A DNA stretch of 64,000 nt from Thermoanaerobaculia bacterium. Lineage in GTDB: Bacteria; Acidobacteriota; Thermoanaerobaculia; Multivoradales; JAGPDF01. Made by a program: the position numbers and the translations under genes. The stretch is from assembly GCA_963821905.1 (NCBI GenBank), contig CAWGFP010000007.1, positions 35,116 through 99,115 on the forward strand, given 5' to 3'. Below the pieces are notes generated by a model. That model did no database searches. It worked only from the letters and a program-made list of their open reading frames with translations, and had not been told where the DNA came from. Shown here in pieces: positions 1 to 11,317 of the stretch. Numbering within the stretch: the stretch's first letter is position 1; every line of letters starts with the position of its first letter.

Positions 1-210
1 CGAACTCGCCGATGTCGGCGCCGGCGATGAACGACTTCTCGCCCGCGCCGGTGATCACCACCACGCCGACGCGCGTCGTCCTTCTCGATCTGCGGCGAGA
101 GCGGCGAGCAGGTCGTCGCGCACCTGGTCGTTCAGGGCATTGAGCTTGTCGGGGCGGTTGACCGTGAGGATCGCGACGCGGCCTTCGGTCTCTTTCAGAA
201 TCGTCGACAT
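1..210 (-). CDS. enoyl-CoA hydratase/isomerase family protein, N-terminal part (continues past window start; one frame change near 95-100)
   Basis: Minus-strand ATG at 208-210 is preceded by GGAGGA. It reads MSTILKETEGRVAILTVNRPDKLNALNDQV, then in a second frame VVVITGAGEKSFIAGADIGEF, a crotonase-fold N-terminus. Confidence 0.6.
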
Positions 211-250
211 CGTTCCTCCGTCGGATTGGAATGGATGTGCGTGTCTATCG

Positions 251-1018
251 CTAGTCGTGGGCCCAGTTCGGCTTCCTACGCTCCAGAAAGGCCGCGATGC
301 CCTCGTGCATGTCCTTGGTTGCGGTCAGATCCTGCAGGTAGAGACGCTCGGCTTCGATCAGCGCCGCGTTCCACGGCTGTCTCCGGCCAGCGGCGATCGC
401 CCGTTTGGTGAGCGAGGTGACGGCGGCACTGTGCCGGGTCAGGTCGCTGATCACGGCGCGCGCCTTTTCGTCGAGCTGGCTGGCAGGTGCGGTCCAATTG
501 ACCAGGCCCCACTCTCGGGCCTCCTCGGCGCTGAGCGTGCGGCCGGCGAGCAGTAACTCGGCGGTGCGTTGCGGGCCGACGAGAGCGGGGTAGAGCGCGG
601 CGGCGAAGGGCGGATAGCAGCCGAGTTGGATCTCCGGCTGACCGAAGCGTGCGCCCTCGTCGGCGAGCACGAGATCGCAGGCCATCGCCAGCTCCATGCC
701 GCCGCCGAGGCAATGGCCCTCGACGATGGCCAGCACGATGGCGTCCAGCGCCAGCAGCCGGCGCAACACGCCGTGAAAGCCGACCAGCATCGGCTCGATT
801 TTTTCGGCGACGTGGTCCTGCACCGAGACGCCGGCCGAAAACGCCTTGCCGCCGCGGCCGCGCAGGGTCACGACTTGGGTGCCGGGCGACAGCTCGGCGA
901 GCGCCCGGTCGAGGGCCGCAATGGTCTCCAGATCGAGGATGTTGAGCGGCGGGCGGTCGAGCGTCAGGTGAGTTGCGCGCCCGACGCTCAGCGAATCGAC
1001 CGGTGCCGGATCAGGCAT
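251..1018 (-). CDS. enoyl-CoA hydratase/isomerase (crotonase) family protein
   Basis: Intact 255-aa track ORF. Motifs GKAFSAGVSVQD and GHCLGGGMELAMACD are typical crotonase oxyanion-hole segments. The C-terminal DMHEGIAAFLERRKP is typical of the family. Confidence 0.85.
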   Translation of the reverse strand: MPDPAPVDSLSVGRATHLTLDRPPLNILDLETIAALDRALAELSPGTQVVTLRGRGGKAFSAGVSVQDHVAEKIEPMLVGFHGVLRRLLALDAIVLAIVEGHCLGGGMELAMACDLVLADEGARFGQPEIQLGCYPPFAAALYPALVGPQRTAELLLAGRTLSAEEAREWGLVNWTAPASQLDEKARAVISDLTRHSAAVTSLTKRAIAAGRRQPWNAALIEAERLYLQDLTATKDMHEGIAAFLERRKPNWAHD

Positions 1019-1787
1019 CGGGCGAGCCTCCGTGAGGGTCTGCCAGGGGAGTTTCCCGGCAAGCCCTCACAAATTCCTCCCACATCTCGCGGTGCGCGGC
1101 GTGGGCCACCAGATTCTCGGGATGCCACTGGACGGCGGCGAGCCACCAGCCTTCGTCGCGCGGCAAGGCGAACGCCTCGAGCACGCCGTCGGGCGCGCTG
1201 GCCAGCGGCGCGAGCTTCGGCGCCAGTCGGCGAACCGCCTGGTGGTGCCGGCTGTTGACCTCGACCTCGCCGTGACGCATCAGCAACTCGGCGAACGGCA
1301 GGCCGGCGTCACGCGGCAGGCCGGCCGGCGCCGATACCGTGTGGGCGAGGAAATCGCGCGGCTCGCGCTCGTCGTGATCGACCGACGAAGCGCGCTGGCT
1401 GGGCAGGTCCTGGTAGAGCGTGCCGCCCATGAAGACGTTGACGACCTGGCAGCCGCGGCACACGCCGAAGGTGGGAGTGCGCGCCGCCCGCGCGGCCGTC
1501 AGCAGATCGAACTCGAAGGCATCGCGGCGCGCGTTGACGTCGACGCCGGCGTCGGGGAGCGGCTCCTCGCCGTAGCGCCGAGGGTCCACGTCCTCGCCGC
1601 CACTGAGCACCAGCCCGGCGGCGCTCGCCACCAGCGACGCGGCGTCGGGGTCGCCGGGGAAGACGGTGCGAATCCGGTGTTCCGGCACGCCGACGTCGCG
1701 CAGCGCCGCAACGTAGGTGCGCGATCTCTCCTCGTTCAGACAGGAAACGACGATCGGCGCGGCGAGCTCGAGAGTGTCGGCGGCCAC
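1011..1787 (-). CDS. class I glutamine amidotransferase / peptidase C26 (gamma-glutamyl-GABA hydrolase-like)
   Basis: Corresponds to the C-terminal ~258 aa of track ORF 1011..2261. It has the GVCRGCQVVNV nucleophile-Cys motif and AVQWHPE near the end. An in-frame GTG at 1785-1787 lies 2 nt after the thiolase stop. It overlaps the downstream crotonase start by 8 nt. Confidence 0.75.
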   Translation of the reverse strand: MAADTLELAAPIVVSCLNEERSRTYVAALRDVGVPEHRIRTVFPGDPDAASLVASAAGLVLSGGEDVDPRRYGEEPLPDAGVDVNARRDAFEFDLLTAARAARTPTFGVCRGCQVVNVFMGGTLYQDLPSQRASSVDHDEREPRDFLAHTVSAPAGLPRDAGLPFAELLMRHGEVEVNSRHHQAVRRLAPKLAPLASAPDGVLEAFALPRDEGWWLAAVQWHPENLVAHAAHREMWEEFVRACRETPLADPHGGSPDA

Positions 1788-1789
1788 GG

Positions 1790-3013
1790 TCAGACTCGCT
1801 CGACGGCGGCCGCGAGCCCCATGCCGCCCGAGACGCAGAGCGTGGCGATTCCGCGCCGCCCGCCGCGTGGCGGCGAGGCCGTGGAGCAGGGTCACCAGGA
1901 TGCGCGCGCCGGTGGCGCCGATCGGGATGGCCGAGGGCGATCGCGCCGCCGTCCGGATTGACCCGTCGAGGGATCGAATTCGAGGTCCTGCAGGCAGGCC
2001 AGCACCTGGCTGGCGAAGGCCTCGTTGAGCTCCACGTGGGCCACCGATGCTCGGCTTCCAGTCCGAGACGGGCCAGGAGCTTGCGGCACGGCCGGCACCG
2101 GGCCGATGCCCATGATCCGCGGATCGACGCCCGACCACTTCCCAGTCCACGAGGCAGGCGCCGACCGGCTCGAGGTCGAGGTCCTTGGCGGCGTCGGCTC
2201 GGTGGCCACGAGCAAGCGCCGCGGCGCCGTCGGTGATGCCCGACGCGTTGCCGGCGGTCACCGTGCCGCCGCTCGCGAAAGACCGGCGCGCAGCTTGGCG
2301 AGCGACTCGAGGGTCACGCCGTCGCGCGGATGCTCGTCGCGATCGACCACGACCTCGCCCTTGCTGCCGGCGACCTGCACCGGCGCGATCTCGCGCTCGA
2401 AGCGGCCGCTCTTGCGCGGCCGCCTCGCAGCGGTGCTGGCTCTGCAGCGCCCAGGCGTCCGCCTGCGGCTCGGCTCAGCCGCCTTCTCGACCGCCAGCTC
2501 CTCGGCGGTCTCGCCCATCACCAGGCCGGAGAGCGGGTCGTTGAAGCCGTCGCGGTACATGCCGTCGACGATCTCGGCGTGGCCCAGGCGGTAGCCCCAG
2601 CGGGCGCGGGGCAGGAGGTAGCGGCGTGTTGGACATGCTCTCGGTGCCGCCGGCGAGCACCACCTGCGGCCTCGCCGAGTTGGATCGGCGCGCGCCGCCG
2701 AGAGCACGGCCTGCAGCCCCGAGCCGCACGCCTGGTTGACCGTGTACGCCGGGCGCTCGACTGCGGCACGCCGGCGCGGAAGGCGATCTGGCGCGCGCGT
2801 GTTGGGCCCGCCGCCGGCCTGGCGGCGCGTGGCCGAAGATCGCCTGATCGACACGCGCGCCGGGTCGATGCCGGCGCGCTCGAGGCAGGCCTTCGCCGCG
2901 GCGGTGCCGAGGTCGGCCGCCGACAGCGCGGCGCAGGCGCCGCCGAACTTGCCGATCGGCGTGCGCACCGGCGCGGCGAGGACGAGCGGTCGTTCTGTTC
3001 TAATTGCCGACAT
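1790..3013 (-). CDS. acetyl-CoA C-acetyltransferase (thiolase), several frame changes in this assembly
   Basis: ATG at 3011-3013 gives [25 protein letters not shown]. Further thiolase motifs are spread over 3 frames (track ORFs 2258..3310, 1892..2215, 1011..2261): [69 protein letters not shown]. The stop is at 1790-1792. Confidence 0.8.
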
Positions 3014-4495
3014 AGACGGTCTTCGTCTCCGTGTAGTGGTCGAGCGCCTCGCGGCCGAGCTCGCGGCCGAAGCCGCACTGTTTGTAGCCGCCGAAGGCGC
3101 GCCCGCGTCGTACCAGTTGTACTGGTTGATCCAGACCGTGCCCGCCTGGAGTCGGCGCGCCACGGCGTGGGCCTTGCCGACGTCGCGCGTCCAGACGCCG
3201 GCCGCGAGGCCGTAGATCGAGGCGTTGGCCAGCTCGACCGCCTCGTCGGCGTCGTCGAACGGGATCACGGCGAGCACCGGGCCGAAGATCTCCTCCTGGG
3301 CCACGCGCATCCAGTCGTTCGCACGCCGTCGAGGATCGTGGGCTGCATGAACCAGCCGCTTGCCCGCCGACGTCGCGGCGCCTCGCCGCCGCAGACCAGC
3401 TCTCGCGCCCTCGCGCCTCCCGTCCTCGACGTAGCGATAGGACCGACTCGCGCTTGCTGCCGGGAGACAGCGCGCCGAGGCGGGTCTCGGGGTCGAGCGG
3501 ATCGCCGGGCTGCAGGCGCTTCGTGCGGGCGACGAGCTTGCTCGAGCAGCTCGTCATGGACGCCGCGCTCGACGAGCAGCCGCGAGCCGGCGGCGCAGAC
3601 CTCGCCCTTGCCGTAGAAGATGCCGTTGTAGGCGCCCTTGGCCGCGGCGTCGAGATCGGCGTCGGCGAAGACGATGTTCGGCGACTTGCCGCCCAGCTCG
3701 AGCGTCACTCGCTTGATGGTGTCGCGCGGCCTCGCGCATGATGCCGCGGCCGACCTCGGTCGAGCCGGTGAACGAGATCTTGTCGACCTCCGGATGGGCG
3801 ACCAGGGCGGCGCCGATCTCGCAGCCGCTGCCCGGCGAGCACGTTGAACGACGCCGGGCGGGAAGCCGGCCTCGCTGCGCCAGCTCGGCGAGGCGCAGCG
3901 CGGTCAGCGGCGTGTAGGTCGGCGGGCTTGAGGACCACCGTGTTGCCGCAGGCGAGCGCCGGCGCGATCTTCCAGGCCGCCTGGATCAGCGGGAAGTTCC
4001 ACGGCACGATGGCGCGCCACCACGCCGACCGGCTCGCGCAGGGTGTAGGCGAGGACGAAGGGGCCGTCGACCGGCAGCGTCTCGCCCGCTCGATCTTGTC
4101 GGCCCAGCCGGCGAAGTAGCGCAAGCGCCGCGATGCGGTCGGGCACGTCGACGTAGCGCGACTCGAAGATCGGCTTGCCGTTGTCGAGCGTCTCGAGGCG
4201 CGCCAGCTCGTCGGCATGCGCTCTCGACGAGCGTCGGCGAGCTTCCAGAGCAGCCGGCCGCGCTGGCGCGCGGAAACCTCCCCCAGGCTCCGGTGAGGGC
4301 GGCCCGCGGGCGGCCTCGACGGCGCGGTCGACGTCGGCGGCGCTCGGCCGCGGCGACCTCGTAGAGGGGCTCCTCCGTCGCCGGATTCTCGGTGACGAAG
4401 ATGCGCCCGCATGCCGCGCTCGCCCATTCGCCCTCGATGTCAGAGGCGGCCGGGAGGGACTGGCGTCTGGGCGGCCGCCATGCGTCGGACGCCAC
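3000..4495 (-). CDS. NAD(P)-dependent aldehyde dehydrogenase, several frame changes
   Basis: ALDH motifs are split over 4 track ORFs: [110 protein letters not shown]. The stop is at 3000-3002. The start at 4495 directly abuts the upstream stop. Confidence 0.8.
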
Positions 4496-5322
4496 TCAGT
4501 TGGCCTTGAACTGCGGCGTTGCGCTTCTCGACGTAGGCGTCGAGCCCCTCCTTGGCGTCCTCGCTCTGGAAGAGCTGCTGCTGCAGCTCGCGCTCGATGG
4601 CGAGGCCGCTCTCGAACGGCACCTCGGCGCCGGACTGCACCGAGCGCTTGATCCGGCCCACCGCCTTGGCGGCCTTGTTCGGCGGGCAGAACTGGCGGGC
4701 GTATTCGTGGACCTGGTCCATGAAGTCGCCTCGGCCTCGAAGATGTATGTTGACGATGCCGAGCTCCTGGGCCTCCTCGAAGTCGAACGAGCCGGCCGGT
4801 GACCATCAGCTCGATCGCCCGCGATCTTGCCGACGATGCGCGGCCAGCCGCTGGGTGCCGCCGGTGCCGGGGAGCACGCCGAGCGTGACCTCGGGCAGGC
4901 CGATCTTGCCGGAGCCCTTGCCTTGGCGATGCGGAGGTCGGCCGCCATGGCGATCTCGAGGCCGCCGCCGACGGTGTTGCCGTTCGAGCGCCGCGATGAC
5001 CAGCTTGGGCGTCTGCTCCAGGCGGTTCAGCGTCTCGTTGGCGTGCAGGCAGAAGTAGTACTTGAAGGTAGGGGTCCGACCGCCTTGAGCATGTTGATGT
5101 TGGCGCCGGCGCAGAAGAACTTCTCGCCCTTGCCGGGGAGCACGATGACGTGCACGTCCTTGTCGAAGCGCGCCTTGAGGATGCGCCTCGTCGAGCTGGC
5201 GCATCATCTCGTGGGTGTAGGTGTTGGCCGGCGGATCGTCGAGCGTCAGATAGGCGACGCCCTCGCTGCACCTCGTAGTGGACCAGCGTGCGCTCGGCGG
5301 TCGTGGTGGCAGTCTCAGCCAT
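4496..5322 (-). CDS. enoyl-CoA hydratase/isomerase family protein, several frame changes
   Basis: AAGGAGG lies 9 nt upstream of the ATG at 5320-5322 (MAETATTTAERTLVHYEV). Crotonase segments appear in 3 frames: VAYLTLDDPPANTY, GGGLEIAMAADLRI, IGLPEVTLGVLPGTGGTQRL, SEDAKEGLDAYVEKR. Confidence 0.75.
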
Positions 5323-5480
5323 GGGATGCATCCTCCTTGACGATGGGGTCGTGAGAACGGCGCCGCCACGGGCGCCGTGCGATGTCGTTTCCGCGCTCTA
5401 TTCTTTCATGCGACCCGCGGGGCGTCCACCGGCTGTGCTACCCTCCGGAGCACCCCACAGGGCTTTACCGGAGGCAGTCG

Positions 5481-7034
<1,554 letters not shown>

Positions 7035-7056
7035 AGGTCACGCCGCTGCGTGGTCC

Positions 7057-7085
7057 TTGATTCCGCGGCGCGCGCTTCCTACAAT
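7057..7085 (+). promoter_or_regulatory. sigma70-like promoter candidate for the 7119 gene
   Basis: TTGATT (7057-7062), 17-nt spacer, TACAAT (7080-7085), located 33 nt upstream of the ATG at 7119. Confidence 0.4.
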
Positions 7086-7118
7086 CTTCGGTTAGCCTGA
7101 GTCACCGATAGCCGAAGA

Positions 7119-7898
7119 ATGATCACTGGTTACAACACCGACATCCGTCACCGCGAAACGGTGTTCCACGTCCAGACGGAGGACAAGGGCGCCGCGAATC
7201 CGTGCGTCGAGAGCCTGGTCTACGTCAAGGGCCAGGTGATCGCCAACAAGCGCACCAACTACGCCGACCTCATCGCCGAAGGCAAGGGCGAGAAGGCGAT
7301 CATCGCGCTCATCGAGCATCAGCACCGGGTGATGATCGCGGCGATCAAGAGTGGCAAGCTCGACGAGAAAGTGGCGGCGCTTGCCGGCGGCAAGAAACCC
7401 GGTCAGCCAGCGCTCATTCAGACCCCGAGCCCGCTGCCGGCGCTGTCCGTCCCGGCGGTGGCGGCGCCAGCCGAGAAGCCCGCGTCGGCGCCCAAGGCGG
7501 CGGCTGATGTAGAGGCGCCAGTACTGCAGCGTGAGAACCCGCTGACCGACGACAAGACGCTGGATCAGGTAATCCTGGAATACCTCTCGGCCGAAGCCAA
7601 CCAGGAGCAGTTGGCTCTGGTCATGAACGGCGAATCAGGACTGGCGCTGGGCAAGCGGGGGAGCCTGGAGCTCAAGACCACATCGTCGAAGAGCGGACTG
7701 CCGATCGCAGGCGCGCAAGTGACGGTGCGCATGATCTCGACCGTCGCCTATCCGCGCACCCTCGCCCAGGGCGAGACCGACGGCAACGGCAGCCTGCGCT
7801 GTCAGCTCGACATCCCGCTGGTCGAGCAGGGCATCGCGGCGCTGATCATCACCGCCGCGAGCACCATCGGCAACGCCGAGCTGAAGCACATCCTCTAG
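7119..7898 (+). CDS. hypothetical protein (conserved-looking N-terminal domain, Ala/Pro linker, beta-rich C-terminal domain)
   Basis: Intact 259-aa ORF in a clean region. The N-terminus is MITGYNTDIRHRETVFHVQTEDKGAANPCVESLVYVKG. I cannot assign a named family. Confidence 0.6.
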   Translation: MITGYNTDIRHRETVFHVQTEDKGAANPCVESLVYVKGQVIANKRTNYADLIAEGKGEKAIIALIEHQHRVMIAAIKSGKLDEKVAALAGGKKPGQPALIQTPSPLPALSVPAVAAPAEKPASAPKAAADVEAPVLQRENPLTDDKTLDQVILEYLSAEANQEQLALVMNGESGLALGKRGSLELKTTSSKSGLPIAGAQVTVRMISTVAYPRTLAQGETDGNGSLRCQLDIPLVEQGIAALIITAASTIGNAELKHIL

Positions 7899-7901
7899 GC
7901 C

Positions 7902-9668
7902 CTACTCCCCCAACGCTCCATAGCGCACGAGACGGTAGCGCGCGTTGCCCTCGGAGGCGCGCAGCCGCTCGGCGATCTTCTCGTGAAGCTGCGGGCCCCA
8001 CTCCGTCCAGCGGGTGAAGAAGGCGTCCGCGGCGGCGGGATCGCCGCCCTCCTGCAGGGCGATGACCTGCTCGAGCAGGGCCTTCACCACTTCGGCGTAG
8101 CGCGGGTAGCGGATCTCGAGGCGCGCTTCGCCGTCCGCGCCGAGCAGGCCACGGTGGAGGAAATAGTTGAACTGCGCGAGCTGCATGGTCTGGTAGGGCT
8201 GGTCGCGGCGCGGCTTGTTGGAGTTGAGCACCCGCAGGATTCCCGCCGCCTGCACGTCACGCAGGAGCTCGCCCGAGACCGTGCCGTTCGCCGCCAGTTG
8301 ATGGACCGCGAAGAGCGAGGCCAAGTCGGCTTTCATCTCTTCCAGCGCGTCGGCCCAGTCCTTGAGCGCCTGATCGAGCGGCCTTCCGTCCTTGGTCAGC
8401 TCGGGGCCGAGGTAGTGCCCGATCTCGTGCCACAAGGTGCGCTGAAAGCCGCCCTCGCTACCCAGGTCCTTGGCGAATTGCGGCTGGACCGCCGCGGCGA
8501 AACGCTGTGCGGCGCTCCCCCCGAGCTCGGAGTTGCGCAGGATGTTCTCGCGCATGAGGATGATGCGGCCGTAGCGCCGCGAGTGAAGCGGATCGTTGGG
8601 CAGGTTGGTGGCGGTGTTGGTACCGCGCGCCTGGCCGAAGTCGGCGATGATCTCGTAGACGCCGATCGGGATGTCCTGGCGGATGCGCTTCTTGCTGGTG
8701 TAGGGCAGCGCGTCCTCGATCGCCTGCAGTCCCGCCAGCCCCTTGGCCATCTGGGCAGTTGCCGCCTCGTCGCGCAGCAGCAGGCTGAGCGAGGCGAATG
8801 CCTTGGTGCCGAAGAGGGCATCGTCGTAGGTCTCGTAGGCGCCGATCTGCGCGTTGAGCTTGCCGAAGCGGCCGGTCACCCAGGCGGCGTCGCCGCTTTC
8901 GTAGTCGTTCGAGACCAGGTCGCGCGCCCGGTTGCGCAGATACCCTGCGAACTCGGCGTCGTCGCTCTCGACGGCGTCGGCTGCGCGCATCAGGCGGAGG
9001 TAGACCGCCATCATCGGCTCGGCGTAGGCCACCGAGTAGGGCACGGCATAGAACGCCTTGGGATCGGGGCGAGCGGAGAGGTCGCGCAGGCGCTGCTCGA
9101 GGAACGGCTGGAGTCCGGCGATCAACGGGAAGCGCCCGAGCGTGGCGAGGTCAGCAGCGAGCGCTTCGGCGGTGGCGCGGCGCACGATGCTGCGATCGTC
9201 GAGGACGTCGTCGCGCTCGGCCGGGTGGGCGGCGGCGAAGGCTTCGATTTCGGCCGCGGTGACGCCGGTGGGGTAGACGTTCTTGCCCGGCGTCTCCGGG
9301 TCGACGGCGAGGAACGGCTGCCGCTTGTTGTCGAGGGTCGTGGCGATCGGCCCCTGGAAGAGTCGGTAGAGCTTGGAGAGATCGGAATCGGGTTGCTGGG
9401 CGAGCCGCTCGCGAGCGGCGGCGGCCTGCGGGTGCCGCGCATCCTCGTAGACCCGCTGCAGGACCTGTCCCGCCGCCAGCAACTCGTCGACCGCGCGCCG
9501 CTCGCCGGCGGTCAGGCCGGAGAGGTCCGGCGCCAGGCGCAAGGTTAGGGTCTTATCGAGGATCTCGCGCTGGCGCGCTGGCGTCCAATCGGCGGCGGGG
9601 GCGTCGGCGGCTGAAACTTCTACAGCGAGGAGCATGAGCAGGCAGGCTGCGGCGACGGTTCGTGTCAT
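7902..9668 (-). CDS. secreted zinc metallopeptidase, dipeptidyl-peptidase III (M49)-like
   Basis: Intact 588-aa ORF with signal peptide MTRTVAAACLLMLLAVEVSAADA. It has WHEIGHYLG (HEXXH) followed about 30 aa later by LEEMKADLASL, resembling the two zinc-binding motifs of M49. Confidence 0.6.
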   Translation of the reverse strand: MTRTVAAACLLMLLAVEVSAADAPAADWTPARQREILDKTLTLRLAPDLSGLTAGERRAVDELLAAGQVLQRVYEDARHPQAAAARERLAQQPDSDLSKLYRLFQGPIATTLDNKRQPFLAVDPETPGKNVYPTGVTAAEIEAFAAAHPAERDDVLDDRSIVRRATAEALAADLATLGRFPLIAGLQPFLEQRLRDLSARPDPKAFYAVPYSVAYAEPMMAVYLRLMRAADAVESDDAEFAGYLRNRARDLVSNDYESGDAAWVTGRFGKLNAQIGAYETYDDALFGTKAFASLSLLLRDEAATAQMAKGLAGLQAIEDALPYTSKKRIRQDIPIGVYEIIADFGQARGTNTATNLPNDPLHSRRYGRIILMRENILRNSELGGSAAQRFAAAVQPQFAKDLGSEGGFQRTLWHEIGHYLGPELTKDGRPLDQALKDWADALEEMKADLASLFAVHQLAANGTVSGELLRDVQAAGILRVLNSNKPRRDQPYQTMQLAQFNYFLHRGLLGADGEARLEIRYPRYAEVVKALLEQVIALQEGGDPAAADAFFTRWTEWGPQLHEKIAERLRASEGNARYRLVRYGALGE

Positions 9669-9689
9669 CGCGCCAGCCTAGCGCACGGC

Positions 9690-9719
9690 TTGTCATTTCC
9701 TCCCCGGATCGGGTATAAA
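9690..9719 (+). promoter_or_regulatory. sigma70-like promoter candidate for tRNA-Lys
   Basis: TTGTCA (9690-9695), 18-nt spacer, TATAAA (9714-9719). The tRNA 5' end lies 12 nt downstream. Confidence 0.45.
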
Positions 9720-9730
9720 TCGCCGTCCGG

Positions 9731-9806
9731 GGGCCGCTAGCTCAATTGGTAGAGCAGCAGACTCTTAATCTGCGGGTTGAAGGTTCGATTCCTTCGCGGC
9801 TCACCA
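9731..9806 (+). tRNA. tRNA-Lys (anticodon CTT), CCA encoded
   Basis: GGGCCGC acceptor arm pairs with GCGGCTC. Also present: D-arm AGCTCAATTGGTAGAGC, anticodon loop CTCTTAA, T-arm GGTTCGATTCC, then ACCA. Confidence 0.95.
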
Positions 9807-9837
9807 CCTCCTCCTCACCATGTCGGGAAACTCTGCT

Positions 9838-9891
9838 CGAGCCCGCGCAAGCCGACGAAGGACGTCCACGTCCACGCCGGCGCGGGGCTCG
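9838..9891. terminator. hairpin between the convergent tRNA-Lys and monooxygenase gene (possible bidirectional terminator)
   Basis: CGAGCCCGCGC (9838-9848) pairs with GCGCGGGGCTCG (9880-9891) with one bulged C and a ~31-nt loop. There is no U-tract. Confidence 0.3.
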
Positions 9892-9895
9892 ATTC

Positions 9896-11134
9896 CTAAG
9901 TCCACAGCGGCCAGAGCCGTTTTGCCTTGCGGCGGACTTCGGAGTAGGGGACTTCGGCGCTCTTCGCCTGATCGAATACGCTGATACCCAGCCGCGATGT
10001 GATCGATGCCCGGATCATCTGGGGGCGATTCTCGAAGAGACTTCTCACGGCCATCCACGCGACCGCGTCGGCCTCCGGTCGCCACTCCGCGTCGTACCGA
10101 CGCGCGGCTTCGAGCAGCCCGTCGGCCGACGCGCCGGTTGCGCCGATGCAGCGGTCGAGAACCATCGCCGACTCCATGGCCGCATTGACACCTTGCCCAA
10201 TCGGCGGAAACGCGGCGGCGGCGTCTCCGAGCAGTACCCCCTTGCCGCCGTAGACTTGGGAACAGGCGAGTGTCCCACCGATGTGGTAGCACGTTCGCTG
10301 GGCAAAGGCCGCGACTTTGTCATCGCTCGTCAGCTCCAGCACTCGCGGAGCGCGTGTGCGGAAGAACTGACGTGCCTCGTCGGGTGAGGAGAATGTCTGC
10401 TTCGCTTTCGTCCCCACGGCGCAGAACCAGCGCGGCTTTTCGGATCCTGCATCGGGCCTGATCGCGCCGGCGACACAGAAGGGCCGCACTGAAAGCCCGT
10501 GCAAGTAGTGCGGGTCCATATCGTCGCCGACCCGATCCAGCTCGATCATTGTGCAGTAGTTGGGATACGACCGGGTTTCAACGGCGAATCCCGGCACCTG
10601 CTGCCGCATGGCTGTGCGGACGACCGAGCCCGCTCCGTCACCGCCGATGATGAAGTCGAACTGTCTCGGTGTGGCCGGCTTCGGTCCGCCATCGAAAGTG
10701 ACGACGCCGGTCTCGACGTCGACGGCGTTCACGCGGCAGTTGAACTCGACCGCGATCCACGCGCGGTATTTGCTATCGAGAACAGCCATCAGAGCCCGCA
10801 GGATGTCGCCTCGCGATCCGGTCCATCCGGGAAGCGTCCACTCTTCCGTTCGGCCGCCAGGCATCTTGAGTCCCTTGAATGGGATCATGCGTTCGTCGAA
10901 CGACCCGGACGCCTCGATGTGCCGGATCGCCTTGAGCCCATGACCGGTGATATCGATCGTGTACGAACGATCCGGGTTGAACCGAGGCGCCTGTTCCGGG
11001 TGGGGATCGCGCTCGAACACTGACGTCCGAATGCCACGACGGGCGAGCGCGATGGCGGCTACGAGCGCCGCCGGCCCGCCTCCGATCAACGCGATCCGCG
11101 CCGATGGGTCGGAATCCACGGTTGGGACAGTCAT
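9896..11134 (-). CDS. FAD-dependent monooxygenase (kynurenine 3-monooxygenase / UbiH-like)
   Basis: Intact 412-aa ORF. It has the dinucleotide fold IALIGGGPAALVAAIALARRGIRTSVFERD and the distal FAD motif VLLGDAAAAFPPIGQGVNAAMES. Confidence 0.85.
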   Translation of the reverse strand: MTVPTVDSDPSARIALIGGGPAALVAAIALARRGIRTSVFERDPHPEQAPRFNPDRSYTIDITGHGLKAIRHIEASGSFDERMIPFKGLKMPGGRTEEWTLPGWTGSRGDILRALMAVLDSKYRAWIAVEFNCRVNAVDVETGVVTFDGGPKPATPRQFDFIIGGDGAGSVVRTAMRQQVPGFAVETRSYPNYCTMIELDRVGDDMDPHYLHGLSVRPFCVAGAIRPDAGSEKPRWFCAVGTKAKQTFSSPDEARQFFRTRAPRVLELTSDDKVAAFAQRTCYHIGGTLACSQVYGGKGVLLGDAAAAFPPIGQGVNAAMESAMVLDRCIGATGASADGLLEAARRYDAEWRPEADAVAWMAVRSLFENRPQMIRASITSRLGISVFDQAKSAEVPYSEVRRKAKRLWPLWT

Positions 11135-11217
11135 CAGGTCTCGGAGGCTCGGAACGTTAACACGCGGAGACCGGTTCGCACGTAAAATGGGGCAGCAGAG
11201 CCCTCGCGCTCCGGCTG

Positions 11218-11301
11218 GCGAAAGTGGCGGAACGGCAGACGCGCTAGACTTAGGATCTAGTCCCTAACGGGGTGGGGGTTCGAATCCCCCCTTTCGCACC
11301 A
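11218..11301 (+). tRNA. tRNA-Leu (anticodon TAG), long variable arm, CCA encoded
   Basis: GCGAAAG acceptor arm pairs with CTTTCGC. Also present: anticodon loop CTTAGGA, variable stem-loop, T-arm GGTTCGAATCC, then ACCA. Confidence 0.95.
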
Positions 11302-11317
11302 TCTACAAGGACATTCG

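Noticed and set aside
9807-11217. A tRNA-bounded segment considered as a genomic island or integrative element.
   Set aside because: There is no integrase, no att-like direct repeat of either tRNA 3' end (only a 7-nt GGTTCG-type coincidence near 11175), and only one ordinary metabolic gene. It is kept only as a low-interest compositional note in the findings.
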